Shown here: in pieces, positions 9,704-20,457 of the stretch | Position numbering within the stretch: position 1 is the first letter of the stretch | Layout: each line of letters begins with the position of its first letter | NCBI GenBank assembly: GCA_902783165.1 | Contig: CACZPU010000008.1 | Coordinates: forward strand, 3,487 to 67,486 | Reading direction: 5' to 3' | DNA: 64,000 bases | DNA from: an uncultured Prevotellaceae bacterium | Lineage (GTDB): Bacteria; Bacteroidota; Bacteroidia; Bacteroidales; Bacteroidaceae | Program-made: the position numbers and the translations under genes | The notes under the pieces: model-generated | Told to the model about the DNA's origin: nothing | The model's database searches: none | The model's input: the letters and a program-made list of their open reading frames with translations, nothing else

Positions 9704-9740
9704 TTCTTATATATAGATTTTATTATAATAGTGATTCCTT

Positions 9741-10706
9741 TCAATCTTGTTTCATTTTTTTGGAGAAAAACAGCATTGTATAAAACAATACTACCCCCGA
9801 GATGAGGCCGGCAACGGCATCAATTACATAGTGGGCCATGATATAAACGGTGGAGATACACAGAAGGACGAAAAACGGCAGCAGCACGTAGAACAGTTTA
9901 CGGTTGCCACTGCGCCACGAAAGCAGGAGCAAAATGGTGCTGACGCCCACATGGCTGCTGGGGAATGCTGCTGTAGGTCGCTCGCCGGCATTGTGGGCCG
10001 ACTCCACTTGTTGGTAAAAGAATCCGTCTGTCCATCCTGGACTGGTCATCCGTTCCATGCTATGGTAGAAATAGTCGTGCACATTCGGGAATATGCCTTG
10101 TCCGATGTTCTCCATATCGGCTGCGAGATAATAGTATTGTGGGCCTGTGACAGGAAGGAAGATGTAGATGACGTAGTAAACGAAAAACGAAGCAAGGATA
10201 ATGAACGAAGCGCGTTGAAACTCGTGATAGCGCCATACGAAATAAAACACGAACACCAACACAATCATGGGGAAATAGGAGGCATAGCCCAAGTCCATTA
10301 GTTCGCTGAAGAAATGGCTGGGCACGGATTGGTGAAACAACAAGGCCGGCTGGCAGCCGAATAATTGCTGTTCCCATCCAGCAAAAAGATGGTCGAGGTT
10401 GGGGAACATGCGGTTGATTTCATACGTGTCGGGATACCACCAGGATAGCAGCGCCAGCTGGAGTGTGGCGCGGGCAAATCGCGTGAACCGGCATGGAATC
10501 ATTCGATAAACGGCATAAAGGGCTGCTGTTGTGGCTACGATACGTACACGTCCCCATATCATAGCCTCCGAGTTCTGCACTTTGGTGAAACAGAACAAGA
10601 TGAGGAACAGCGTGAGCAGCAGATATGCTACCATTGCCCATTCGTAGGCAAACAGTCCCTTGTATGGTTTTTTCTCTATTTTGAACAAATCTTTCAGAAA
10701 CTTCAT
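9741..10706 (-). CDS. PAP2-family integral membrane phosphatase/phosphotransferase (Aur1/IPC-synthase-like)
   Basis: Multiple hydrophobic segments with PVTGP, AAFPSSHVG and HYVID motifs. Confidence 0.8.
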   Translation of the reverse strand: MKFLKDLFKIEKKPYKGLFAYEWAMVAYLLLTLFLILFCFTKVQNSEAMIWGRVRIVATTAALYAVYRMIPCRFTRFARATLQLALLSWWYPDTYEINRMFPNLDHLFAGWEQQLFGCQPALLFHQSVPSHFFSELMDLGYASYFPMIVLVFVFYFVWRYHEFQRASFIILASFFVYYVIYIFLPVTGPQYYYLAADMENIGQGIFPNVHDYFYHSMERMTSPGWTDGFFYQQVESAHNAGERPTAAFPSSHVGVSTILLLLSWRSGNRKLFYVLLPFFVLLCISTVYIMAHYVIDAVAGLISGVVLFYTMLFFSKKMKQD

Positions 10707-10741
10707 ACCTCAGTAATTGAATCTTCTACAGATTACAGTCG

Positions 10742-11788
10742 TCAAAGCCACCCTTGCTCCTTATACCATTCAACGGTCAGCTTCACGCCTTTGTCCAGTT
10801 TCACCAATGGTTCATAGCCCAGTTCCCGCCGAGCCGGCTCAATGTCGCATCGCCAGTTACGCTGTCGCAGAATGTGATATTTGTCGTTGTTCAGTGCAGA
10901 TACGCTGCCAGTGGCCTTTCCTATTAGTTCGCCAAAGAAAGTGGCAATGCGCAAAATCCAAATGGGAGCCTTGATACGAAGGCACCACGGATGCCCCATT
11001 TCACGAATAATCAAGTCGCTGAATGTGGCCGATTGATACACCTCGCCATCGCTGAGAAAGTATTTTCTGCCGCTTCCACCTTTCTCAAGTGCCAGAAAAA
11101 CAGCTTGCACCACATCGGTGACATAAACGAAAGTGATGTCCTGCCGCTTGTAGCCTACAGAGAAATCGGTGTGTCCCTTGATGCTTTTAGCCATGAGGAA
11201 ATAATCTTTTTCGCGCGGGCCATACACCCCAGTAGGGCGAAGTACAACATAGGGGAAGGAGCCATTGCCCACTTCAGTTGCCCACTTGTCAAGAAATGCC
11301 TCTGCTTCCAGTTTGCTTTTTCCGTAGGCAGTGTTGGGCTGCGGATGGTCTGTCTCTTTTATTTCTTCATAGGGCTGCTCTTCGTGAATGGCTCCGAAGA
11401 TGCTGAGGCTGCTCAGATAGACGAATTTCTTCACGGGCATCTTTACGGCAGCGAGTGCTTTCACCAAATGGATGGTACCTTCGGTGTTGATGCGATGGAA
11501 GTCTTCCTTGTGAAGACATTTCGTAACACCGGCGGCATGCACCACATAGTCGAACCTCACATCCTTCAGCTGCTCCTTCAGCTCGCTTTCCGACGACAGG
11601 TTCAGCTCGAAGAATCGGATACGTTCATCCTGCAGGTATTGGCGAGAACTGCTTTTCCGCACAGCCGCCCACACTTGCATGCCCCTGCGCAACGCCTCCT
11701 CGACAATGAAACTGCCGATGAAACCGCTGGCGCCTGTTACCAGAATCCTTTTCCCAGCATAGACAGATGCTACATTCTCCTTTTCCAT
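10742..11788 (-). CDS. NAD-dependent epimerase/dehydratase (extended SDR)
   Basis: TGASGFIG, HAAG, YLSS, YGKSK and RPTGVYGP motifs. Confidence 0.88.
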   Translation of the reverse strand: MEKENVASVYAGKRILVTGASGFIGSFIVEEALRRGMQVWAAVRKSSSRQYLQDERIRFFELNLSSESELKEQLKDVRFDYVVHAAGVTKCLHKEDFHRINTEGTIHLVKALAAVKMPVKKFVYLSSLSIFGAIHEEQPYEEIKETDHPQPNTAYGKSKLEAEAFLDKWATEVGNGSFPYVVLRPTGVYGPREKDYFLMAKSIKGHTDFSVGYKRQDITFVYVTDVVQAVFLALEKGGSGRKYFLSDGEVYQSATFSDLIIREMGHPWCLRIKAPIWILRIATFFGELIGKATGSVSALNNDKYHILRQRNWRCDIEPARRELGYEPLVKLDKGVKLTVEWYKEQGWL

Positions 11789-11795
11789 TCGGCTG

Positions 11796-11803
11796 CAAAG
11801 TTA
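11796..11803 (-). promoter_or_regulatory. Bacteroidota -7 promoter box
   Basis: TAACTTTG on the minus strand, 7 nt before the ATG at 11788. Confidence 0.6.
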
Positions 11804-11935
11804 CGATTTTTTAATGAACAATGCAAAACGGAAACTGAAAACTTGCCATACTTCTTGATAATTATCCCATATGGTTTTTAATTTTGTCAGCAGGCCACGG
11901 ACAAAACTCTTTTCAAGCACGAATATGATGAAAGC

Positions 11936-11960
11936 AAAAGCCGACTCGTTGTCGGCCTTT
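11936..11960 (-). terminator. Probable terminator of the pectate lyase gene
   Basis: On the minus strand GCCGAC-AACGA-GTCGGC is followed by TTTT. Confidence 0.55.
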
Positions 11961-12023
11961 ACAGTGTTGATTCAAGTGTAGCAGTCTTGCTGTTTGGCAA
12001 GGCTGCTTGAAGCTATAAGCAGA

Positions 12024-14573
12024 TTATTTCGCAGTGTCGGCGAGTTGGGTGACTGCGAAATGAATATTTCGGGTGAGTGTACTGACACGGTCTTGGTCTG
12101 TGGCAAACACACGGATGGTGTAAAATCCATTCTTACGAGGTGCTTGGATGAGATATTTGCCATCTCCCTGTTCCTTGCACTCCATTCCATTGTTATCCAT
12201 TATCACAAATATCGGGTTCTTGTTGTAACCGGCAAAATAGAGTTTCATGTCCACGGTTATCTTTTCACCTGCCTTCAAGTATCCATGTGGATGAGTCAAC
12301 CAGTCAAGATATTCTTCCAGGTTCGTGAAACCATCGCCATCTTCGTCAGCATTCGCGTCTGAGAAATCACCGGCAGCTGATTTCGGGTTGCTTCCTTTCA
12401 GTTCCTCCCACCAGTTGGGTAGTCCGTCGTTGTCGCTATCAAATCCTTTTTGACGATGCACTTCTCTCACTGGATTCGCCTCGTCGCCACCACAGTCTTT
12501 CTCATCGTCTATCAATCCCTTGAGTCCGCTGTTGCTGCCAACGGCCGAATAAGTACCGTCCAATGTTTCTTGGATGATTCGCTGGTCATGAATATCCAAA
12601 GACGGCATGTTGCAGCCAACATCCGACATGACATTCTTCCAGGCCTCGCGTGCACTCTCAATCTTTGCCAGCGAGGGGAAGAAAGGACGATCAGCCAATG
12701 GTTGCCAGTCAACTTTCTGCTGGCTGCGTTGCCGCCTGCCGTTTGCCCTTTGCGATGGAGGTGCCTTGGTGGGGTCGTCGCCGTACACTTCCCAGTTAAT
12801 GACACGCCCAGAAGGTACAAAGAATCGGTACGTGTCTCCCTCCTTGTCATCCACCTGCTTGCCCGTAGGGCATTCCTCGCGCACATTGCCACTTACGTAA
12901 GCTGATTGAGAGCCTTTGCCAGTGCCTTCAAGGTCGAGACTGAAGATGAACTTGTTGTGGGTGGCAGGACCCTCTTTGTAATAGTTGTTCACAAAGTTAA
13001 TCTCATGGGCACCGCCATCACAAGCGCGTCCACCCCAGTTATAGCACACATTATTGAACAAGTCGAGCCTGCCTGCATAAAAGCCCGCACCATCCAAGGC
13101 GCCGCTCATGCTCCAGTTTCTTCCTTCGTTATGTGCCAGCAGATTGTGGTGATAGGAACTGATGTCCCCGCCAATCGTAGCTGCATATCCGTGGCGGGTG
13201 CCCTTAGGATAGTTTTTATGGCCAGCCACATTCAACGCCTCTGCAATGATATTATGTTGGAAGGAAATGGTCTTTGCCCCACGACTGCTGAATCCCTCGT
13301 CCATACTCCATGCGATGCTGCAATGGTCCACGATGGAATTCTCACCGCCAGCACATCCCATGCCGTCGGAAGTACGTCCGCCGCCGAGGCGATGACGGAT
13401 ATAACGACAGATGGCATCGTGGCCGATACCAAAAGATGCCCCTCTCAACAAGATGCCTTCGCCTGGGGCAGTCTGGCCTGCCAACGTGACATACTCGCGC
13501 ATTCCTAATCCTCTCTTCAGATAGATGGTGCCTCCGACATCAAAGATGATTGTACGCGGACCATGCAGGTTTTCCAATCCATAACGTAAGGAGCCTGGTT
13601 GGTTGTCATCGTTCAGGTTTGTCACGTGATATACCATGCCCCCTCTGCCACCGATGGCATATTTTCCATAGCCCTCGGCACTGGGGAATGCCAAACGACG
13701 GGGACGGAACGTCCAAATTATTCCTTCTGTTACCTTACCTTCTGCATCCTCCTCGTCCACACGCCAGTAGTATGTATCTTTGCAATTCAGATTTTCAAGC
13801 CAATAGTAGGGGTCACGTGTCAGCCGCACCTCTTTAAGGTTATTTTTGTCAGTGCCTGCATAAAGATGATGTTTTACGGCATTCTGTGCCCCGTCCCATT
13901 TCAGTAAGGCTTTTCCGTTGTCGGCATTTGCATGCAAGTCAAGGTCTGCTGGAATCGGGTTTTGAGCTCTCAGTTTTGGATTAATTTCATCGAGAACTAA
14001 TGCGTTGATACACAAATTTGAAGAAAACATACCATTCAGGGCAGCCTCAGACTGTGGGCGATAGACAATCACCACATCCTTTCCCTTCTTGACATCAAAG
14101 GTGAGATACGATTGTCCTGCATCAGTGGCACGCAAAGCCCTTGAGGTTTGTTCTACATTCTCCAATTTCTTTACACCGTCCACAAAAACATCGATTGCGG
14201 GAGCCTTACCCGTGCTGACATTGTTGTGGTATGCCAAAAGTGAATGACTGCCAGCGCTCAAACCACTGATTGTGACGAGAACACCCGCTTGACAACCCAA
14301 ACCGTCGCCCACTAAACGGTCGTGGCGTTGTACACCATCCTTCCACCATACGCAAGATATTTGTCCATTCTTCTCGGGCGCTACGGTCAGAAGGATGTTT
14401 TTATCACGGTCTATTACCTTTGTCTCTTTCTGTGACTGATGTATTGCCCACGGTAAATATCCATTGGCAGTCACTTGTCTGGGTTGACGTCCCTCCAAAT
14501 TGAAATCAATTTTCTGGGCATATAATGGCATCAAGCACACACACACCAACAGCAGCGTCACAAACCTTCTCAT
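12024..14573 (-). CDS. Multidomain polysaccharide lyase family 1 (pectate lyase-like), secreted
   Basis: AFPSAEGYGKYAIGGRGGMVYHVTNL, GSLRY, GQTAPG, VDHCSIAWSMDE and DSDNDGLPNWWE motifs. Signal peptide ending LYA-Q. Confidence 0.88.
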   Translation of the reverse strand: MRRFVTLLLVCVCLMPLYAQKIDFNLEGRQPRQVTANGYLPWAIHQSQKETKVIDRDKNILLTVAPEKNGQISCVWWKDGVQRHDRLVGDGLGCQAGVLVTISGLSAGSHSLLAYHNNVSTGKAPAIDVFVDGVKKLENVEQTSRALRATDAGQSYLTFDVKKGKDVVIVYRPQSEAALNGMFSSNLCINALVLDEINPKLRAQNPIPADLDLHANADNGKALLKWDGAQNAVKHHLYAGTDKNNLKEVRLTRDPYYWLENLNCKDTYYWRVDEEDAEGKVTEGIIWTFRPRRLAFPSAEGYGKYAIGGRGGMVYHVTNLNDDNQPGSLRYGLENLHGPRTIIFDVGGTIYLKRGLGMREYVTLAGQTAPGEGILLRGASFGIGHDAICRYIRHRLGGGRTSDGMGCAGGENSIVDHCSIAWSMDEGFSSRGAKTISFQHNIIAEALNVAGHKNYPKGTRHGYAATIGGDISSYHHNLLAHNEGRNWSMSGALDGAGFYAGRLDLFNNVCYNWGGRACDGGAHEINFVNNYYKEGPATHNKFIFSLDLEGTGKGSQSAYVSGNVREECPTGKQVDDKEGDTYRFFVPSGRVINWEVYGDDPTKAPPSQRANGRRQRSQQKVDWQPLADRPFFPSLAKIESAREAWKNVMSDVGCNMPSLDIHDQRIIQETLDGTYSAVGSNSGLKGLIDDEKDCGGDEANPVREVHRQKGFDSDNDGLPNWWEELKGSNPKSAAGDFSDANADEDGDGFTNLEEYLDWLTHPHGYLKAGEKITVDMKLYFAGYNKNPIFVIMDNNGMECKEQGDGKYLIQAPRKNGFYTIRVFATDQDRVSTLTRNIHFAVTQLADTAK

Positions 14574-14901
14574 AATAAGTCTTTTTTGTTTTAATAGATA
14601 TTGGAATTATTTTTACATATAACGTTTCTCTGCCAATTTGTACTCAATAATGAATGGCAACACCATTTGGTTTCCTTAAAGCGTCGTAATGTGGAAAAAC
14701 GTAGAGAATGTACAAAGATTCTAATGCATCCACCAAGTAAGATAAATACAAATAGGAAACGACAGCACAACAGGATTATCCGTAAAATACATGAAACGCT
14801 CTGCTTGATTGTTAAGAGAACCTCCCGTCAGGGAATAGTGAAATTTACTAATACATTATTTAATTTATGGCGAAATTCTTCTTTGTTTCAGATTTATTTT
14901 T

Positions 14902-14909
14902 TATTTTTG
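14902..14909 (+). promoter_or_regulatory. Bacteroidota -7 promoter box of rnr
   Basis: TATTTTTG, with TTTG at 14882-14885 upstream and the ATG at 14934. Confidence 0.65.
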
Positions 14910-14933
14910 CGACAAATAACTAAAACCTCTATT

Positions 14934-17147
14934 ATGTCAAAAAGTAAAAATAAGGGTAGCAAACGTCTGACTAAAAGAATGCTGGTCGAGATGCTGAGCA
15001 ACATGTTTCAGCATAGTCCAAATGAGACGTTCAGTTTCAAACAAATATTCAAACAGTTGCATCTTACTACACATCCTGCCAAGATGCTAGCAATTGACAT
15101 CCTGGAAGAGATGGCATGGGACGACTATTTGAGCAAGGTTTCAGAGAACAGCTACCGCCTCAACACACAGGGGCAAGTGCTCGAAGGAACGTTTATCCGC
15201 AAGGCAAACGGCAAGAACTCGTTTGTTGCCGATGGGAGCGACAAGCCTATTTTTATTGCCGAGCGCAACTCGATGTTCGCCTTGAATGGCGATCGCGTGC
15301 GTGTTACGATGATGGCGCGAAGAGAAAAGCACATCAAGGAGGCCATGGTCACCGAGATATTGCAACGTGCTCACGACCAAGTGGTAGGACGCCTTCAGGT
15401 GGAACACGACTTTGCATTCTTGATTCCTGATGGCAATTTGTTTGTACACGATGTATTTATTCCGAAGAAAAAGCTCAAGGGTGGAAAGAACAACGACAAG
15501 GCGGTGGTGAAAATCACCCAGTGGCCATCGGAAGACAGCAAGAATATAGTAGGCGAGGTGGTGGACATTCTTGGTAAAATTGGTGAGAACAATGCCGAGA
15601 TGCATGCCATTCTAGCACAATACGGGCTCCCATACAAGTATCCGAAAAGCGTAGAGGAGGCTGCCAACAAGATTGATCCCGGTATTACCGACAGGGAAAT
15701 CGCCCGTCGTGAGGATTTCCGCAAGGTGACAACCATCACCATCGACCCACACGATGCAAAGGATTTCGACGATGCGCTAAGCATTCGAAGAATAGGCGAT
15801 GCTTTTTCACCCAAGAGTTCGCAGCTTTGGGAGGTCGGCGTACACATTGCCGATGTGTCGCACTATGTGAAAGAAGGAAGTATTATTGATAAGGAAGCAC
15901 AAAAGCGTGCCACCAGTGTATACCTTGTCGACCGCACCATACCGATGTTGCCCGAGCGCCTTTGCAACTTCATCTGCTCACTCAGGCCCGATGAAGACAA
16001 GCTCTGCTACAGTGTCATCTTCAAGCTTGATGCCGAAGCCAACGTCAAAGACTGGCATTTGGCTCACACAGTCATTCGCAGCAACCGGCGTTTTGCCTAC
16101 GAGGAGGTTCAGGACATTCTCGAGAAGAATGGAGTGATTGACGGAACCGGTCAGCCAGCACCTGCCAAGAAAACCTATGAGGGTGAATTGGCCGAAGAAC
16201 TGGTAACGCTCGATGCACTAGCCAAGAAACTCAGGGAGAAGCGGTTTAAGAGTGGTTCGGTGAAGTTCGACCGTGAAGAATTGCATTTCGATATCGATGA
16301 ACAGGGCAAACCCACACGTGCTTATTTCAAGAAATCGAAAGACGCCAACAAGCTAATCGAGGAGTTTATGTTGCTTGCCAACCGCACTGTGGCAGAATCG
16401 ATAGGGAAGGTAAAGAAGGGCGACAAAGCCAAGACACTGCCTTATCGTATCCACGACCAGCCAGACCCCACTAAGCTAGAACGCCTACGCCAGTTCATCA
16501 CCCGGTTTGGCTATAAGGTCAAGACAACAGGAACAAAGGGCGAGATTAGCCGTTCGCTTAACAAGCTGATGGATGATGTAAATGGCAAGCGCGAGCAGAA
16601 TGTCGTTGAAAGCGTTGCTCTGCGTGCCATGATGAAAGCCAAATATAGTGTGCATAATATTGGCCACTACGGACTTGCCTTCGACTATTACACCCATTTC
16701 ACATCGCCCATCCGCCGCTATCCCGATATGATGGTGCACCGTCTGCTCACGCGCTATCAGGAGGGTGGCCGCTCTGCTAACAAAGACCACTATGAGGAGC
16801 TATGCGAGCACAGTAGCGATATGGAGCAAATAGCACAGAATGCTGAACGCGACAGCATCAAATACAAGATGGTGGAATTCATGTCTGAATTTGTTGGTGA
16901 AGAGTTCGATGCGCATATCAGTGGCATCACTTCCTATGGCATTTATGCAGAGATAGACGAAAACCATTGCGAGGGAATGATTCCTATGCACGACCTTGAT
17001 GACGACTACTATGAGTTTGATGAAAAGAATTATCAGTTGGTAGGTCGCCGCCGCCACCATAAATACATGTTAGGTGACCCCATACGCATCAAGGTGGTTA
17101 GAGCCGATGTGGAAAAGCGACAATTGGACTTCTGTATTGCCGAGTGA
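14934..17147 (+). CDS. rnr: Ribonuclease R
   Basis: RNB motifs TIDPHDAKDFDDA and HYGLAFDYYTHFTSPIRRYPD, plus a C-terminal S1 domain. Start moved from the ORF-track 14601 to the ATG after the promoter box. Confidence 0.93.
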   Translation: MSKSKNKGSKRLTKRMLVEMLSNMFQHSPNETFSFKQIFKQLHLTTHPAKMLAIDILEEMAWDDYLSKVSENSYRLNTQGQVLEGTFIRKANGKNSFVADGSDKPIFIAERNSMFALNGDRVRVTMMARREKHIKEAMVTEILQRAHDQVVGRLQVEHDFAFLIPDGNLFVHDVFIPKKKLKGGKNNDKAVVKITQWPSEDSKNIVGEVVDILGKIGENNAEMHAILAQYGLPYKYPKSVEEAANKIDPGITDREIARREDFRKVTTITIDPHDAKDFDDALSIRRIGDAFSPKSSQLWEVGVHIADVSHYVKEGSIIDKEAQKRATSVYLVDRTIPMLPERLCNFICSLRPDEDKLCYSVIFKLDAEANVKDWHLAHTVIRSNRRFAYEEVQDILEKNGVIDGTGQPAPAKKTYEGELAEELVTLDALAKKLREKRFKSGSVKFDREELHFDIDEQGKPTRAYFKKSKDANKLIEEFMLLANRTVAESIGKVKKGDKAKTLPYRIHDQPDPTKLERLRQFITRFGYKVKTTGTKGEISRSLNKLMDDVNGKREQNVVESVALRAMMKAKYSVHNIGHYGLAFDYYTHFTSPIRRYPDMMVHRLLTRYQEGGRSANKDHYEELCEHSSDMEQIAQNAERDSIKYKMVEFMSEFVGEEFDAHISGITSYGIYAEIDENHCEGMIPMHDLDDDYYEFDEKNYQLVGRRRHHKYMLGDPIRIKVVRADVEKRQLDFCIAE

Positions 17148-17219
17148 TAATGAAAACGGGGCCATGTGCTGAGGATTTGCTTGACCATTATACCCTGCGT
17201 TTGTAGCGTGTTATGTTAT

Positions 17220-17266
17220 AAAAGCATTCACCACCATAGTTTCAAGCTATGGTGGTGAATGCTTTT
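17220..17266. terminator. Bidirectional terminator between rnr and cysS
   Basis: Perfect 20-bp stem AAAAGCATTCACCACCATAG / CTATGGTGGTGAATGCTTTT with a 7-nt loop. Confidence 0.85.
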
Positions 17267-17289
17267 TGTGATTGTTGTTCTACAAGATG

Positions 17290-18780
17290 TTACTTGTTCA
17301 GTTTCCAGGTGACGCCATCCTTAGTGTCTTTAACCTCAAATCCTGCGGCAGCAAGTTCATCGCGAATTTGGTCGCTGGTAGCCCAGTCTTTAGCAGCCTT
17401 GGCCTTGGCTCGGAGGTTGAGCACCATGTCCACCACCTTGCCATATGCTTCTTCACGAGCATCGTTGTTTGCTCCCTTGTCGTTGCGCAGACCAAGGAGG
17501 TCGATGGCAAAGAGATGCATAGTGTCGGAAAGCTCTTTTAGGCAGTCGGCACAGATTTGTGCCTTATGGTCGAGGAGAGTGTTCACCACGCGGCATGCCT
17601 CAAACAGATGGCTGATGACAATCTGTGTGAGCAGGTCGTCGTTCATAGCGTCGTAGCATTTCTGTCGCAACGACTTTACAAATTGTTCGGTATCAGGGTC
17701 GCACTTGGCGGATACTGGTACGCGTTCCAGATCATTGATGCCGTTCATCAGTCGCTCCAATCCCTTTTCGCTGGCTATCAGCGCTTCGTTGGAAAAGTCG
17801 ACAGTGCTGCGATAGTGGGCAGAGAGGATGAAGAAGCGAATGGTCATAGGCGAATACGCATGCTCTAACGATGGATGATTGCCGGTAAAGAACTGCTCGA
17901 GAGTGATGAAGTTGCCGAGCGATTTGCCCATCTTCTGCCCGTTGATGGTAATCATATTGTTGTGCATCCAGTATTTCACCATGTCGTCGCCCTGGCTGGC
18001 GGTGGCTTGAGCTATCTCGCATTCGTGATGGGGGAAGACCAGGTCCATGCCTCCGCCGTGGATGTCGAAATGGCTGCCAAGATATTTGCGTCCCATGGCG
18101 GTGCACTCGCAATGCCATCCGGGGAATCCGTCGCTCCATGGGCTTGGCCAGCGCATGATGTGTTCGGGCGAAGCCTTCTTCCATAACGCGAAGTCGGCTT
18201 GGTTGCGCTTCTCGCCTACGCCGTCGAGTGTGCGACTCTCGTTGATGACATTCTCAAGTGTGCGGCCAGAAAGTTTGCCATAGTGGTATTTCTTGTTGTA
18301 GGCCTCAATATCGAAATAAACAGAGCCGTTGCTTTCGTAGGCGAACCCGTTGTCGAGGATTTCCTGCACCAATTGCTGTTGCTCAATGATGTGGCCGGTG
18401 GCATGTGGTTCAATGGATGGTGGTAGCACGTTAAGTGCTTCCATGGCCTGGTGGTAGCGGTTGGTGTAGTATTGCGCTATCTCCATGGGTTCCAGTTGCT
18501 CGAGCCTAGCTTTCTTGGCAATCTTGTCTTCTCCCTCATCGGCATCATGCTCCAGGTGTCCCACATCGGTAATGTTGCGTACATAGCGCACTTTGTATCC
18601 GAGGTGCTTCAGGTAACGGAAGAGTATGTCGAAGGTGATGGCTGGCCGTGCATGTCCCAGATGGGGGTCGCCGTATACGGTAGGGCCGCAAACATAAAGT
18701 CCTACGTTGGGTGCATGCAGGGGTTCGAAACGCTCCTTCTGGCGGTGAAGGGTATTGTATATCAACAGTGTCTGTTCCAT
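17290..18780 (-). CDS. cysS: Cysteine--tRNA ligase
   Basis: [41 protein letters not shown] and KMGKS motifs. Confidence 0.97.
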   Translation of the reverse strand: MEQTLLIYNTLHRQKERFEPLHAPNVGLYVCGPTVYGDPHLGHARPAITFDILFRYLKHLGYKVRYVRNITDVGHLEHDADEGEDKIAKKARLEQLEPMEIAQYYTNRYHQAMEALNVLPPSIEPHATGHIIEQQQLVQEILDNGFAYESNGSVYFDIEAYNKKYHYGKLSGRTLENVINESRTLDGVGEKRNQADFALWKKASPEHIMRWPSPWSDGFPGWHCECTAMGRKYLGSHFDIHGGGMDLVFPHHECEIAQATASQGDDMVKYWMHNNMITINGQKMGKSLGNFITLEQFFTGNHPSLEHAYSPMTIRFFILSAHYRSTVDFSNEALIASEKGLERLMNGINDLERVPVSAKCDPDTEQFVKSLRQKCYDAMNDDLLTQIVISHLFEACRVVNTLLDHKAQICADCLKELSDTMHLFAIDLLGLRNDKGANNDAREEAYGKVVDMVLNLRAKAKAAKDWATSDQIRDELAAAGFEVKDTKDGVTWKLNK

Positions 18781-18824
18781 GATAAATCTGCTGTTATGGA
18801 TAAATGTTTTTGTCTTATCGGGTG

Positions 18825-18832
18825 CAAAAGTA
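18825..18832 (-). promoter_or_regulatory. Bacteroidota -7 promoter box of cysS
   Basis: TACTTTTG on the minus strand. Confidence 0.6.
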
Positions 18833-19011
18833 CATAAAATAATTGATACTTTGGCCTTTGGCGGTTATAAAAATGCTATTAGCAAAGCGAAGTAACGAAA
18901 AAGTCGAGAGCAGAACACAGTTTTTTTATTGATAATCAAATATGATTCTTCTGGTTTATGGTCGACAACAAACCATTGTAGCATGTTGAGTTCATTCTTA
19001 AAACCAAGAAA

Positions 19012-19037
19012 AGGCGGGACAACAGGTGGTCCCGCCT
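19012..19037 (-). terminator. Terminator of the ECF operon
   Basis: AGGCGGGAC stem with an 8-nt loop, followed by TTTTCTT on the minus strand. Confidence 0.7.
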
Positions 19038-19069
19038 AAGGCCGTAGTAAATCGCTTATGAAATGTAGG

Positions 19070-19957
19070 TTACAAATAAAGTCCGAACGAAAGTGATTTG
19101 AATTTGACGCTTCCGTCTTTGAGCACATCATTAGGACTGTATTTCAGATAAAAATTGAAAAAAGGTGTGTAAATGACCCCCATTAAATCGAATGTCACTT
19201 TACGTTGGCCAATGTTTTTCTCCACCTCCTTGAACTTTCCTCCATCTTTCTTGTATCGGGTCTTGATGCTTGCATAGGTATTAAGGTTGACGACAGGACC
19301 GACGTCGAATCCCCAGCAGTCTTTATTGAAACGATGACAAAACATCAGTGCTCCAGAAATGGAGAACACTTTGATACGTGAGAAATTCGGGTCAGATTCG
19401 GCAGGATAGGGTGCTAATAGCACCTTGCCTTCTTGGTTCTTCACAAAGCGCATGTTTCCTGTAGTACGGTAGTTGCGCCAATTGAAGAAGGTTTGTAGGG
19501 ATACTCTTGTCTTTTCCTTTTTGTCGAAATTCTGATTGATGGAAATGAAGGGGAGTGCAAATTCCCAAGAATGGAATGTGCTGAACTCTGTGCCTGTGGC
19601 GGTTTTGGTGGGAGCAGTAAAACCAATCAAAAGCGGTCCTCCCAACAATACCTCCCAGTTGAATTTGTTGTTGTTTCCCGACACGCTCACGGTATGCCTT
19701 AGGCTACGCAGGCTCCATGAGTCTTTGTTGATTTCCACATTGCTCACATAGTTGCTGTCTACCAACTGGATAGTGTTACGATAATCGTAGTTGTAGTCGT
19801 CCTCTTTTCCTTTCACAACAATCTTTTGAATAGAATCACCAGTGATGATGGTCACTATTCGTGGTTTTTTAATAACAATGGTGTCGTTGTTGGTTGTCTC
19901 GGCAGTTGCAATGAATGGTGTAGAGACAAGTAATAGCATAAAGATAATCTTTTTCAT
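19070..19957 (-). CDS. Putative outer-membrane beta-barrel protein
   Basis: Signal peptide, amphipathic strand pattern and C-terminal SFGLYL. Last gene of the ECF operon. Confidence 0.6.
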   Translation of the reverse strand: MKKIIFMLLLVSTPFIATAETTNNDTIVIKKPRIVTIITGDSIQKIVVKGKEDDYNYDYRNTIQLVDSNYVSNVEINKDSWSLRSLRHTVSVSGNNNKFNWEVLLGGPLLIGFTAPTKTATGTEFSTFHSWEFALPFISINQNFDKKEKTRVSLQTFFNWRNYRTTGNMRFVKNQEGKVLLAPYPAESDPNFSRIKVFSISGALMFCHRFNKDCWGFDVGPVVNLNTYASIKTRYKKDGGKFKEVEKNIGQRKVTFDLMGVIYTPFFNFYLKYSPNDVLKDGSVKFKSLSFGLYL

Positions 19958-19965
19958 ATATGTTT

Positions 19966-20454
19966 TTATTTTGATATTGCAGCATTGTTCAGTATTGTTT
20001 TCAGTTGAGTGATGGAGGTCAGAGATCCTTCCATGTAGATGATGACGATTTCTGACTTGTGCTTGTAGGTTGTTGCTTTATAGCAGAGATAGCGGTTTTT
20101 TCCTTCTTGTGAATCAAGCTTGACCATCTCTGTGGAAACTTTAGATATTTTCTTCATTATTTTGTTGTTGGTCGCTTTTTCATAAGATTCTTTGCCTTCG
20201 CAGTCTTTTGCAACGAGTTGTTCAATAACTTTCTGTTCATCGCTGTTGGCAAAGAAACGTAAACTATGGAAAAACGACAACTGGTATTTGGCAATCATCT
20301 TACCTCTCACGCTGGTTTCCATCATTTGCTCTTTGGGTATGATTTCCCCTTTGAACAAAGCATTGACATGCAGTCCTTGTTGAGCGTGCATAGGTATTAT
20401 GTTGGCCATTATGACGAATAATAATGCAATTAGATTTTTCATATCATGCATCAA
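19966..20454 (-). CDS. Secreted hypothetical protein (DUF6108/DUF4252-like)
   Basis: Signal peptide ending MHA-Q, position in the ECF operon and C-terminal IIYMEG. Confidence 0.55.
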   Translation of the reverse strand: MMHDMKNLIALLFVIMANIIPMHAQQGLHVNALFKGEIIPKEQMMETSVRGKMIAKYQLSFFHSLRFFANSDEQKVIEQLVAKDCEGKESYEKATNNKIMKKISKVSTEMVKLDSQEGKNRYLCYKATTYKHKSEIVIIYMEGSLTSITQLKTILNNAAISK

Positions 20455-20457
20455 TGG

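Noticed and set aside
14601-14933. 111-aa N-terminal extension of RNase R in the ORF track
   Set aside because: It starts at TTG in AT-rich intergenic DNA and runs through the -7 box; the real start is the ATG at 14934.
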